DNA from: Octopus bimaculoides
Lineage: Eukaryota
Direction: 5' to 3'
NCBI RefSeq assembly: GCF_001194135.2
Contig: NC_068983.1
Coordinates: 154,908,693 to 154,972,692 of the forward strand
Length of the DNA: 64,000 nucleotides
Of this stretch, positions 52,941 through 63,939 are shown piece after piece. The translations under genes and the position numbers were made by a program. The notes under the pieces were generated by a model. That model was not told the DNA's origin and did not search any database. It saw only the letters and a program-made list of their open reading frames with translations. Positions within the stretch are counted from its first letter, which is position 1. Every line of letters begins with the position of its first letter.

Positions 52941-53239
52941 GGAGATAGTGCATCATGGTACTGTGTTTCTTTCTTTCCTAAAATGGTAGCATCTCTCAAT
53001 TATATTTGGCTGTGTTCCCTAATCTTGTGTGACTCTGTTCCCTTATCCCTGCCCTAATAGGGAAGAGTGGGGAAATAAGTACAATATTTTTGGAGGTTGC
53101 TGTCTGACAAAGATTCTTCCCTTTTAACATCCTCTTATTTACTTAAAGGGGAAAATGAAACTTTATCCCTTCTCACTTTCTCTTCCCCTAATACTTTGAA
53201 ATTGGAACTTGCAGCTTGGTAAAGAATTCCATGGGAGAT

Positions 53240-53575
53240 CCTTACTTTTATTTTCTTTCATTCTTTCACTTGTTTCAGTCATTTGCCCGCAACCATACTG
53301 GAGCACCTCCTTTAGTCGAAAAAAATCAACCCCAGGACTTACTGTTTGTAAACCTAGTAGTTATTCTATCAGCCTCTTTTGCTGAACTGCTAAGTTACAG
53401 GGACATAAACACACCAACATTGGTTGTCAAGTGATGATGGGGAGATAAATACAGACACAGAAACACACATACACACACGATGGGCTTCTTTCAGTTTCCA
53501 TCTACCAAACCCACTAACAAGGCTTGGATCAGCACCAGGCTGTAGTAGAAGACACTTGCCCAAATTGCCACACTT
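53240..53575 (-). mobile_element. SINE family C
   Basis: CTTGTTTCAGTCATTTG tail, TAGTAGAAGACACTTGCCCAA core. Confidence 0.75.
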
Positions 53576-53744
53576 GTGGAATTTCTATTTATTAATATGT
53601 TTTATGTCAATACTAACTTGGTTAGATGCTCTGCAGATCAATATCTTTCCAGAACTTCTTGTTCTTCATATTCATCGTCATCATCACTATTTGTTCTGTG
53701 TTGCTATGGGTTGGATTGGCTATTTGTGTTTCTCAGTGCTGCTT

Positions 53745-54367
53745 CCCTCTTGTTACCATGTTTTCTTTGAAATACACTGGCTTTGTTTCAGTTAAATTAG
53801 AAAATAATTGAAGAATTTGCTAAAATAACTTTGTTATTATTAACCTGCTCTTTGGAACAAAAATTAACATGAAATTTTGAAGGAAGGTTTTAATTTTGGA
53901 TCACTTTAAAACCAAAATGGATAGATGGGTATTGAAGTGGTTTGACCACATGGAGAAGATGGATGAGGAGTGGATGGTAAGGAGGGTGATGAAGGCAGAA
54001 GTGGTAGGCAGCAGAATCAGAGGCAGACCTCGGTTTGTGTGGATGGATGAAGTAAGGAAAGCTTTGGTGGTTAGAGGTGTTGGAGTGAGAGAAGCAAGAG
54101 AGTTTATAAATGATAGAATAGCTTGGAGGTGGACAGATGAGTGAATTTGATGTTGTTCAAAGGGGCATGGAACCAGCATATGCTGTTGGGTCCCGTTGCT
54201 GATATTGGGGGTTGCGTTCTATGCCTTGACCCAAGCATAGAACGGGGCTCGTCTCTTTGAGCTGGGAATGCCTGGTGTGTGTCTTATGGCTACCGCCCCT
54301 TAAAAAAATGGAGCATTGTATTGTAGAATCTAAGCTTTTACAGGTAAGTTGGTATCAAAAGGTTGAC
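53745..54367. mobile_element. MITE family G interrupted by an RTE fragment
   Basis: Reverse-complement G body 53745-53912, resuming ~54310 and ending TTGGTATCAAAAGGTTGA. Confidence 0.55.
53914..54300 (+). pseudogene. 5'-truncated RTE-clade LINE: ORF C-terminus plus 3' UTR
   Basis: LKWFDHMEKMDEEWMVRRVMKAEVVGSRIRGRPRFVWMDEVRKAL...EAREFINDRIAWR matches the RTE LRWFGHVERM...GRPRxRWxD...DRxxWR motif. Confidence 0.85.
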
Positions 54368-54395
54368 TTTTTGAGACCAACTTCATCAACTTGTC

Positions 54396-54615
54396 TTAAC
54401 CCTTTAGCATGCTGATTATTCCATGAAATGTAGTACTATTCATATTATTTTAATTAATCATGCATTATTTTGTAGCTCCAAGATTTCAATGATGTGATAG
54501 TTCAGTTTCAGAATGACATTAGAGGGTGGTGTAAAAAGTTGGATCTGACCAGATTGGACATAGTACATGTAGAATACTTGGGCCAGATATGAACTGTTTA
54601 AAAGCCAAAAGTTTA
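54396..54615. mobile_element. piggyBac-like MITE family F
   Basis: TTAACCCTTTAGCAT start; body matches 32295-32522. Confidence 0.6.
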
Positions 54616-54859
54616 GGTTGTCTGTAATTAAATTAAAAATTTGCATTGTAATGTTATACAAGAAACTTTTTGTTAAGTTCCATTTCCCCGTCACCAATAA
54701 AAAAAAGAAGTTATTTTGTTAAGCTTTGTAAATTAGTTATTTTTGAACTTAATTAAAACATTTAAAACAGGTAGCTGCAGTTCTGTTACTAGATATTCTG
54801 TGTGTGTGTGTGTGTCTAGTAAATACATGTCATTAATGAAAAACCAGATGTCTACAGTG

Positions 54860-55200
54860 AGTGAGTTGGTTCTGCTGTATGACATCTTGGGCGAGTGTCT
54901 TTTCCTATAGTTCCAGGCCAACTAAAGCCTTGTGAACGAATTTGGTAGATAGAAACTGAAAGCAGAGTATCATTTGTGTTTGTGTGTGTGTTTGTGTGTG
55001 TATTTGTCCTCCACCTCCACTTGACATCCAGTGTTGGTTTGTTTACATCCCTGTAACATATCAGTTTGGTAAAAGAGACCGATAGCATAAATATGAGGCT
55101 TAAAATCTAAGTACCTGGGTTGATTAGTTTCTCTAAACACTTCACGGTGCTGCTCCAGCATGGCTGCAGTCCAATGATTGAAACAAGTAAAAGACGGAAA
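54860..55200 (+). mobile_element. SINE family C, diverged
   Basis: CTTGGGCGAGTGTCTT core; GATTGAAACAAGTAAAAGA tail. Confidence 0.7.
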
Positions 55201-55747
55201 AAGATATAACCAAAAGGCATGACTTGGCTCTCCACATCAGTGATAAGCAATGTATTTCATTCCTGTTCAAATTAAAAACCTTCCGTCATAACTTTATGTA
55301 AACGTTTTTTGTTCAGTTATATTCCAAGCATCGACTTCATGCACCAAACCAATAAATATTGTTTTAGTAAGCTTTTGCATATTCTTGATTTTCAAAATTT
55401 ATTGCTATTGTTAGGAACGGAATAAATCAACTTAAGAGATAACCAAATTGCAACGTACGTCTCATGCGTCTTTATTTGAGGTTTATACAATCGATCACTT
55501 CTCTGGGTTCATCAAAGTTGCCATGAGAAAATTCAATTGAAATATATGAGACCAGTGTCAAAACATGCACAAACTGCACCTCACACATGTATATTTGCTG
55601 TAGTTAAAGATACTTTTTAATCTATTTTTTTTGTTTTGTTTTTTTTGTTTTAAGTGTTTCTGTGTCTGTGTTTGANNNNNNNNNNNNNNNNNNNNNNNNN
55701 NNNNNNNNNNNNNNNNNNNNNNNNNNNNNNNNNNNNNNNNNNNNNNN

Positions 55748-55935
55748 AAGATCGCTTGACAACCGATGCTGGTGTGTTTACGTCCCCGTAACTTAGCGGT
55801 TTGGCAACAGAGATCGATATAATAAGTACTAGGCTTCCAAAGAATAAGTCCTGGGGTCGATTTGCTTGATTAAAAGGCGGTGCTCCAGCATGGCCACAGT
55901 CAAAAAGACTGAAACAAGTAAAAGAGTAAAAGAGT
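55748..55935 (+). mobile_element. SINE family C, 3' half after a gap
   Basis: ATCGCTTGACAACCGATGCTGG...GACTGAAACAAGTAAAAGAGTAAAAGAG. Confidence 0.85.
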
Positions 55936-56119
55936 AATTGTTTCAGTCATTAGTCAAGACAAACAAATCAACCTCTGTACCTTTAAAAAGCATTTCTCTT
56001 TTGTTTGTTTGTTTTTGTAAAGGTGTGGTGTTTATTCTATCAGTTCTTTTGATGAACTGCTAACTTACTGGAATGTAAACGAACCAACACTAGTTGTCTA
56101 GTGGTGGTGGGAACAAACA

Positions 56120-56156
<37 letters not shown>

Positions 56157-56240
56157 GTCTACCGAATACACCAAGGCATTGGTTGACCCAGGGCTATAGA
56201 AATAATTTGTCCAAGATTGATTATGCAGTGGTGAAAAATA
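55936..56240 (-). mobile_element. SINE family C, diverged, tail-to-tail with the previous copy
   Basis: TTGTTTCAGTCATTAG tail complement and (CA)n core. Confidence 0.6.
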
Positions 56241-56538
56241 GCTTTTAAATTGCAAAATTTGTTTAATCATTAATTTGCACAGATTATGTTTAGTTTCCTG
56301 ATTGTTGCTTTCAGGAATGCTAACATTAAATTATGAAGCTGGTAATATTATGCAATAAATTAAATTGTATACAGGACTACTTTACTCTTACATTGAGGGT
56401 TGTGGGTGGAATCAGAATGGTAAACTGGTAAAGGAAAGAGAAAGGGGGATTCACAAATAAAGATTAAAAAAAACTTTGCCTCCTTCTCCCTCTCTACTGC
56501 CCTCTCTCTCCCCCTCCTGTACAAATACAGATTTTTTG

Positions 56539-56859
56539 GGATCTTGTTCAAAACGGGGGCACCAGTATTTTCTTAACGAAACACTAACGAAAAAATTTGA
56601 AACTTGGGACACTGGTAGAATGTGTCATATAAAACATCTTTTACTCTTAGTCTTCTTAACAAAATAACCTACATCGCAAGTTATTTCATGTTAAAGTTGT
56701 CGTATTTCTGTAATTTCAACCAATCACTGACGTCTATTCAGCTGAATAGAGTTACTGCTTGCCGGTCATAAAAATGTTATTCCCTGTGACATATTTCATC
56801 CGGTTTAATCGTAATTTATACGCATATATTGTTTATATAATAAATTACGCTCTGCGTAT
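56539..56859. mobile_element. Second copy of the Merlin-like MITE, opposite orientation, cut by a gap
   Basis: GGATCTTGTTCAAAACGGGGGCACCAGT, then ~290 bp matching the reverse complement of ~21800-22085. Confidence 0.85.
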
Positions 56860-57517
56860 NNNNNNNNNNNNNNNNNNNNNNNNNNNNNNNNNNNNNNNNN
56901 NNNNNNNNNNNNNNNNNNNNNNNNNNNNNNNNNNNNNNNNNNNNNNNNNNNNNNNNNNNNNNNNNNNNNNNNNNNNNNNNNNNNNNNNNNNNNNNNNNNN
57001 NNNNNNNNNNNNNNNNNNNNNNNNNNNNNNNNNNNNNNNNNNNNNNNNNNNNNNNNNNNNNNNNNNNNNNNNNNNNNNNNNNNNNNNNNNNNNNNNNNNN
57101 NNNNNNNNNNNNNNNNNNNNNNNNNNNNNNNNNNNNNNNNNNNNNNNNNNNNNNNNNNNNNNNNNNNNNNNNNNNNNNNNNNNNNNNNNNNNNNNNNNNN
57201 NNNNNNNNNNNNNNNNNNNNNNNNNNNNNNNNNNNNNNNNNNNNNNNNNNNNNNNNNNNNNNNNNNNNNNNNNNNNNNNNNNNNNNNNNNNNNNNNNNNN
57301 NNNNNNNNNNNNNNNNNNNNNNNNNNNNNNNNNNNNNNNNNNNNNNNNNNNNNNNNNNNNNNNNNNNNNNNNNNNNNNNNNNNNNNNNNNNNNNNNNNNN
57401 NNNNNNNNNNNNNNNNNNNNNNNNNNNNNNNNNNNNNNNNNNNNNNNNNNNNNNNNNNNNNNNNNNNNNNNNNNNNNNNNNNNNNNNNNNNNNNNNNNNN
57501 NNNNNNNNNNNNNNNNC

Positions 57518-57785
57518 CCTTAACGTAGTTCTCGGGGAGATTCAGCGTGACACAGTGTGACAAGGCTGACCCTTTGAATTACAGGCACAACAGAAACAGG
57601 AAGTAAAAGTGAGAGAAAATTGTGGTGAAAGAGTACAGCAGGGTTCGCCACCATCCCCTGCCGGAGCCTCGTGGAGCTTTATGTATTTTCGCTCAATAAA
57701 CACTCACAACGCCCGGTCTGGGAATCGAAACCGCGATCCTATGACCACGAGTCCGCTGCCGTAACCACTGGGCCATTGCGCCTCC
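57518..57785 (-). mobile_element. SINE family A, 5' part
   Basis: Ends GGGCCATTGCGCCTCC (head complement). Confidence 0.9.
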
Positions 57786-58228
57786 ACTAGAATAAATACC
57801 CTTCCTGATATTCTTTGGCTGTCTAGCTCAATTAATATATTCTGATGTGGCACCAAGCACCTAAGTTTTAATTATTTCTACCCTTTGGTCTCTAACAATC
57901 CAGAACATGAGTTGCTATTATATGAATATACACACATTCACCCCACCCACATGTATATGCATGTGTGTGTATGTATATACATGTGTGTTTATATGTATAT
58001 CTGTGTTTATATATGTGTGTGTGTGTGAGTATATTATATATCAATGTACTTATATTTTCTTTATGTGAGTGTATTGTTTCTGTTCATTTATTTCTCTGAG
58101 GTAGTGGTCATAACACCAATTAATTTCAAATTACTCGTTGAGTTCTGCCGCTGTATAAACGTCTTCATTACACAAATTAAAATGTGCTTTGGGAGCTTCA
58201 CAGGGTTCTAGTTTACTGTGTGTGTGTG

Positions 58229-58270
<42 letters not shown>

Positions 58271-58518
58271 TATTATACATATTTGTCCAATCCATAGAAG
58301 CATGGAAGGCAAACGTTAAACGATGATGATGATGGTGATTTTATATCTAGTGCCTTATTGCAATTGAACTCAAAGTCTCAAGAAGCTGGCAATCAGAAAC
58401 TCTTTGAAGTAAATGTGAAACTTTCTTTTTTTTATTATAAATCTTTCTACTTTATATCTCTCTAGTGAGTGGTTTCTCAATCTTTCTATTTACAGCTATA
58501 TAAACCCACACATTGTGT

Positions 58519-58566
<48 letters not shown>

Positions 58567-59166
58567 ACATGTGTGTAAGTATGTGTAATGTAGCATAAGA
58601 GTAAAAGAATTGTTAGAAAAATGTTTTTTTTTTTAATTTTCTTAAAATAATTTTGAGGCTGTATAATGTCTCTTAAGAGTAAACATGTAGGGCTTGACAA
58701 CTAAAGTACAAGATTTTAGCCTAGTTTTTNNNNNNNNNNNNNNNNNNNNNNNNNNNNNNNNNNNNNNNNNNNNNNNNNNNNNNNNNNNNNNNNNNNNNNN
58801 NNNNNNNNNNNNNNNNNNNNNNNNNNNNNNNNNNNNNNNNNNNNNNNNNNNNNNNNNNNNNNNNNNNNNNNNNNNNNNNNNNNNNNNNNNNNNNNNNNNN
58901 NNNNNNNNNNNNNNNNNNNNNNNNNNNNNNNNNNNNNNNNNNNNNNNNNNNNNNNNNNNNNNNNNNNNNNNNNNNNNNNNNNNNNNNNNNNNNNNNNNNN
59001 NNNNNNNNNNNNNNNNNNNNNNNNNNNNNNNNNNNNNNNNNNNNNNNNNNNNNNNNNNNNNNNNNNNNNNNTATATATACATACATGCATGCACACACAC
59101 GCATCACATATTCACAAACACACACACAGTGTGTCTAAGAGAATCTGTGTACTTGATTAAAGCACA

Positions 59167-59235
<69 letters not shown>

Positions 59236-59330
59236 CACTTCTAGTAAATAACAAACAAACAAAAAAACTAGGCTAAAATCTTGTACTTTAGTTGTCATGC
59301 CCTACATGTTTACTCTTAAGAGACTTTATG

Positions 59331-59659
59331 CTGTCAACTTAATGTGACAGTCCCATGAAGGAAATAATACTACTGTTATTTAGCCCTAGGAAGCAGCACC
59401 ACTTCCTGTCGGCCTTGACACATTTCCTGCTGTGTCCTTATGTTTACAAGAGGAAGACAAGCACCTCTACTAAACCTGCATTCAGAGACATGTTTCTGCA
59501 TAAATCTCTCTGAGAGATTTAGAAATGTATTATTTCTATTTTTGAAATCAGTGAATGTGTTTCACTAGAGTTATTACATGTTTGCGAGACTTGACAGGCA
59601 TCTCCAACTAGCAAGCCATTGCTACTCCAGACTGATGACGAGCAAAGACTCAGAAACAT

Positions 59660-59661
<2 letters not shown>
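59331..59661 (+). mobile_element. Hammerhead-bearing fold-back element, copy 1 (one arm plus spacer, ends at the cleavage site)
   Basis: About 90% match by eye to the reverse complement of 63492-63823; ends ...CAGAAACATGT then (ATT)n. Confidence 0.85.
59626..59661 (+). ncRNA. Hammerhead ribozyme 5' portion up to the cleavage triplet
   Basis: UCCAGA-CUGAUGA-cGAG(caaaga)CUCa-GAAAC-AU-GU; the stem I 3' strand is absent. Confidence 0.7.
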
Positions 59662-59690
<29 letters not shown>

Positions 59691-59903
59691 GGCAGTGAGC
59701 TGGCAGAACCATAAGCATGCCAGGCAAAGATGCTTAGCAGCTATTCATCCGTCGTTGTGTTCTGGGTTCAAATTTTGGCAAGGTCCACTTTGCATTTCAT
59801 CCTTTCAGGATCACTAAAATAAGTACCAGTTATGCACAGGGGTTGATATAATTGATTTACCACCACCCCCAATATTTCAGGTCTTGTCCCTATAATAGAA
59901 AGG
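59691..59903 (+). mobile_element. SINE family B
   Basis: GGCAGTGAGCTGGCAGAACC head after (ATT)n. Confidence 0.85.
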
Positions 59904-59917
59904 ATTATTATTATTAT

Positions 59918-60128
59918 GGCGGTGAGTTGACAGAATCGTTAGCACGCCAGCCAAGATGTTTAGCAGCATTTCATCCATCCTTATGTTCTGAATTCAAATT
60001 CTGCCAAGGTCAACTTTGCTTTTCATCCTTTCATGGTCGATAAATTAAGTACCAGTTATGCACTGGGATCAGTGTAATCGATTAGTTCCCTCCCCCAAAA
60101 CTTCAGGCCTTGTGCTTTTAGTAGAAAC
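59918..60128 (+). mobile_element. SINE family B
   Basis: GGCGGTGAGTTGACAGAATCG head after (ATT)n. Confidence 0.85.
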
Positions 60129-60186
60129 GTTTATTATTATTATTATTATCATTATTATTATTATTATTATTACTACTACTACTACT

Positions 60187-60398
60187 AAGGTGGCTAGCTG
60201 GCAGAATCGTTAGCCCACCAGGCGAAATGCTTAGCGGTATTTTGCCCGTCGCTACATTCTGAGTTCAAATTCTGCCAAGGTTGACTTTGTCTTTCATCCT
60301 TTTGGGGTTGATTAAATAAGTACCAGATACACACTGGGGTCGATTTAATTGACTTAATCCCCGCCCGCAAGCTACCTGTGTGGTAAAAATTTGAAATC
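60187..60398 (+). mobile_element. SINE family B
   Basis: AAGGTGGCTAGCTGGCAGAATCG head after (ATT)n/(ACT)n. Confidence 0.85.
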
Positions 60399-60408
60399 AT
60401 TACTCTCT

Positions 60409-60566
60409 GAGTGGTTGGCGTTAGGAAGGGCATCCAGCTGTAGAAACTCTGCAAAATCAGATTGGAGCCTGGTGTTGCCATCCGGTTTCACCAGTCCTCA
60501 GTCAAATCGTCCCGCCCATGCTAGCATGGAAAACGGACGTTAAACGATGATGATGATGATGATGAT
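60409..60566 (+). mobile_element. Family D repeat with (GAT)n tail
   Basis: GAGTGGTTGGCGTTAGGAAGGGCATCC...GGACGTTAAACGATGATG. Confidence 0.85.
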
Positions 60567-61380
60567 ATTATCATAATTATTATTATGCCTTCTTCTTTGT
60601 AATTATCTCTCTAAAACCTTCTGCGTAGTGTATACACCCACAGTTGTCAATAATCACCAAATCAAACATCATTTGTCAATTTCTAATTTAGAATTTACTT
60701 CTACCCGCCTCCCCCACTTTATTTTCCGTATCTCTGGCTCTTTCTATATGTGTGTGTATGCATATACCAGTCTGTCTTTCAACCCCATCACTAACTCTAT
60801 CACCCCCTTTTCTTTCTCATTTCTCTTTTCTCTTTCACTCTCTCTTCCTCTTCATTTTTTCTTTTTTTTTTTTCTTCCTCCTCTCTACCTCTCAGACACT
60901 TTCACTCTGCCTGTCCCTCTCTCTCTTTCTCCCCCCTTGCCACCTTCCTTAAAGTTTCAAATAAGTTTTAATCTGTCAGTAAGCTGGAAATTCTCATGGA
61001 ATTTCTAGTTTGTCTCCAGGATATTCCGTTTTCTTTTAATGTTCACACACTGACTACTATTACTATGTTGGTGTGTGTATTTGTGAGTCCACAGACGCAC
61101 ACACATATTCAAACAGGAGTATGTTGATGTACATATATACATACATATATATACATGCAGCATTCACTCTGTGTGTGTGTGTGTATTTATGATATATACA
61201 GACATACACACACACAGTTGTATGTACACATTGTCATAAGTCTGCATGTATATGTGTGTGGAACATATGTTAAATGATGATATATATATTGTTGAAGTCA
61301 TAAGAATTATATATACGTACACAAACACACTAATATACACATATTACACAGATACACATGTGCCCGCGCTCACATGCTCA

Positions 61381-61435
<55 letters not shown>

Positions 61436-61869
61436 GTGTGTGTGTACCTATCCTATACAAAGGAGAGATTATATATATAAACTTATATATTAATCTGTGT
61501 GTGTATATTTATATATACAAGTGTGTGTGTGTGTTGTTTTTATGCATACGCATATATAGACACACAAGTGTGTGAACAGGGAACTAATTGTATGTATGAA
61601 GGTATCTTTCCCTTTAGGAAGGGCCAGAAAGCTAGGGAGTTGCTCACAATACATGAATAGCTACACTGGTGCTTTTCTTTTGTTATTTTTCTTCTGTTGT
61701 TTCTGTTTTTTTTTATGTAATTTTATTTGCCTTTAGTTTTTCACCAGACTTCAGTGAAATCTACACATTCTTCCCACCATTGTGTATTGTGTTGCTAACC
61801 TAAACTGAACTTCATTCTTCTAGCTTGAAATTATAATTGTAAATATACAAGTAAAATAAAGAAACAACT

Positions 61870-62010
61870 ATATAGTAATAATAATAATGATAATAATAAT
61901 AATAATAATAGTAATAATAATAATATACAATAATAATAGTAATAATAATAATAATATACCATAATAATAGTAATAGTAATAATAATATACAATAATAATA
62001 AGGATAATAA
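61870..62010. repeat. (TAA)n microsatellite
   Basis: Directly visible. Confidence 0.9.
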
Positions 62011-62183
62011 AAGTGTGTTTATTGATTGACATGAGCATACCCTGTGACCATAATATCTTGGCAAAAGAATTTGATAAGCTCAGGAAATATAAAGATGTGC
62101 TAATCGAAATCGAAAAGATGTGGCATCTCAAGACAGTTACAATATCAGTGATCGTAGGAGCACTTGGAGTGATAAAAGAAAAT
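62000..62183 (+). pseudogene. R4/Dong-clade non-LTR retrotransposon, restriction-like endonuclease C-terminal fragment
   Basis: CLLIDMSIPCDHNILAKEFDKLRKYKDVLIEIEKMWHLKTVTISVIVGALGVIK matches the IDxxIP.D.N...KE.EK..KY.DL..EI..MW.......P..VGALG motif. Confidence 0.85.
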
Positions 62184-62274
62184 GGGTGGGGGGGGGNNNN
62201 NNNNNNNNNNNNNNNNNNNNNNNNTGACAGATACAAAGACGCACACACATAAATATATATATATTATACATAAT

Positions 62275-62410
62275 ATGCTTCTTTCAGTTTCCATCTACCA
62301 TATCCACTCACAAGGCTTTGGTCAAGGTCCCACTTGCCCAAGGTGCCACGCAGTGGGACTGAACCCAGTACGATGTGGTTGGGAAGCAAGCTTCTTACCG
62401 CACAGCCATG
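62275..62410 (-). mobile_element. SINE family C, 5' half with an internal deletion
   Basis: CACTTGCCCAAGGTGCCACGCAGTGGGACTGAACC...CCGCACAGCCA. Confidence 0.8.
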
Positions 62411-63341
62411 TTTCTAGTCAAATACATTGGTATCGATGCAATTGACTTCCTGCCTTGTACCAAAATTTGAAGAAATCATCATTATACCCTTTTTCCCCAA
62501 ATTGGTGGCCTTATGTCTAAATTAATAAGGGCAGTGGAGTTGCTGAATAAATAGAGTACGAGTATGCTTTTTTCTGTTTGTGAGTCAATAGAATAATGCT
62601 AATTAAGTATTGAGCAAATGATTTTATGAAATTAACCATTCTCTTCAACCTATGTGCCCATGTGCTTTTTATATTACAAAAACATTTTGGTTTAAAATAT
62701 AACTTAATTTGACTTGAACATGCGCACTTTTTTCTCAGTGTCTCTCTCTTTAAATATGCACACAGATGTCTTTGTGTGAGTGTGTGTATATTTAAAGCAA
62801 TAAACCTTTTGGGATTTAGATTTGGCACAGAAGTTCAGTGTTAATAATGATTTCCTGCTAAGGAAATGAGGTCAAATTTTTTGGTTTTAAAATTTTATTT
62901 TACTTTTTACAAAGTTAATCCAACAAACTTTAATGCATCAGTAGGATTACAAGGGGTGGGGAAGGGACTTAAAGCAACAACAACAACAATAATGATGATG
63001 ATACAAAGAGATACTGAATGCAGAGGTACAGTAATCAGAGTTTTGTTTTTACTGGATATTAAAAGGGATACTAAAATAATGATGATTATGGTATGTATGG
63101 ATTGATATTAATTTGTAGACCTATTCAACCCATGCTAACAACATTGACACAAAACACACATCAATGAATGTAGAAATGCTGTAAGTTCAGCTCTTCAGAC
63201 CCTCCTCTATAATTTTAGTTCTAGTTCATAATGTGTTAACAAGGAATATGAATACCAAAATTTCAGCTTTCCTTTAAATAAATAGAAAATTACCAGTTAC
63301 ACGCCAGGTAACATTTCTTTGAAAATTTGATCCTTATTTTT

Positions 63342-63823
63342 ATGTGACAGTCCCATGAAGGGAATAATACTTCTGCTATTTAGCCCTAGGAAGCAGCACC
63401 GATTCCTGTCGGCCTTGACACATTTCCTGTGTCCTTACGTTTAGAAGGGGGAGACAAGCACCTCCACTTAGCTAAGCCTGCATCCAGTGACATATTTCTG
63501 AGTCTTTGCTCGTCATCAGTCTGGAGTAGCAATAACCTGCTAGTTGGAGATGCCTGTCAAGCTCTCGCAAACATATAATAATTCTAGTGAAACACATTCA
63601 CTGATTTCAAAAATAGAAATAATACATTTCTAAATTTCCCAGAGAGATTTATGCAGAAACATGTCTCTGGATGCAGGCTTAGTTAAGTGGAGGTGCTTGT
63701 CTTCCCCTTGTAGACATAAGGGCACAAGAAATGTGTCAAGGCCGACAGGAAGCGGTGCTGCTTCCTAGGGCTAAATAGCAGTAGTATTATTCCCTTCATG
63801 GGACTGTCACATTAAGTTGACAG
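63342..63823 (-). mobile_element. Hammerhead-bearing fold-back element, copy 2 (both arms)
   Basis: 159 bp inverted arms 63342-63500 and 63654-63812 (11 mismatches by my count), 153 bp spacer, terminal hairpin CTGTCA-CATTAAGT-TGACAG at 63804-63823. Confidence 0.85.
63483..63525 (-). ncRNA. Minimal type I hammerhead ribozyme motif (two substitutions vs inferred consensus)
   Basis: UCCAGA-CUGAUGA-cGAG(caaaga)CUCa-GAAAU-AU-GUC-ACUGGA. The other arm reads GAAACAUGUC-UCUGGA, which gives a perfect 6 bp stem I in the consensus. Confidence 0.75.
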
Positions 63824-63905
63824 TATACAACTACTTTCACACATCACTACTGTATAAATCTTCTTCTTCCTCTTCTTCTTCTTCTTACTACTGCTGCTGC
63901 TGCTG

Positions 63906-63936
<31 letters not shown>

Positions 63937-63939
63937 CAC

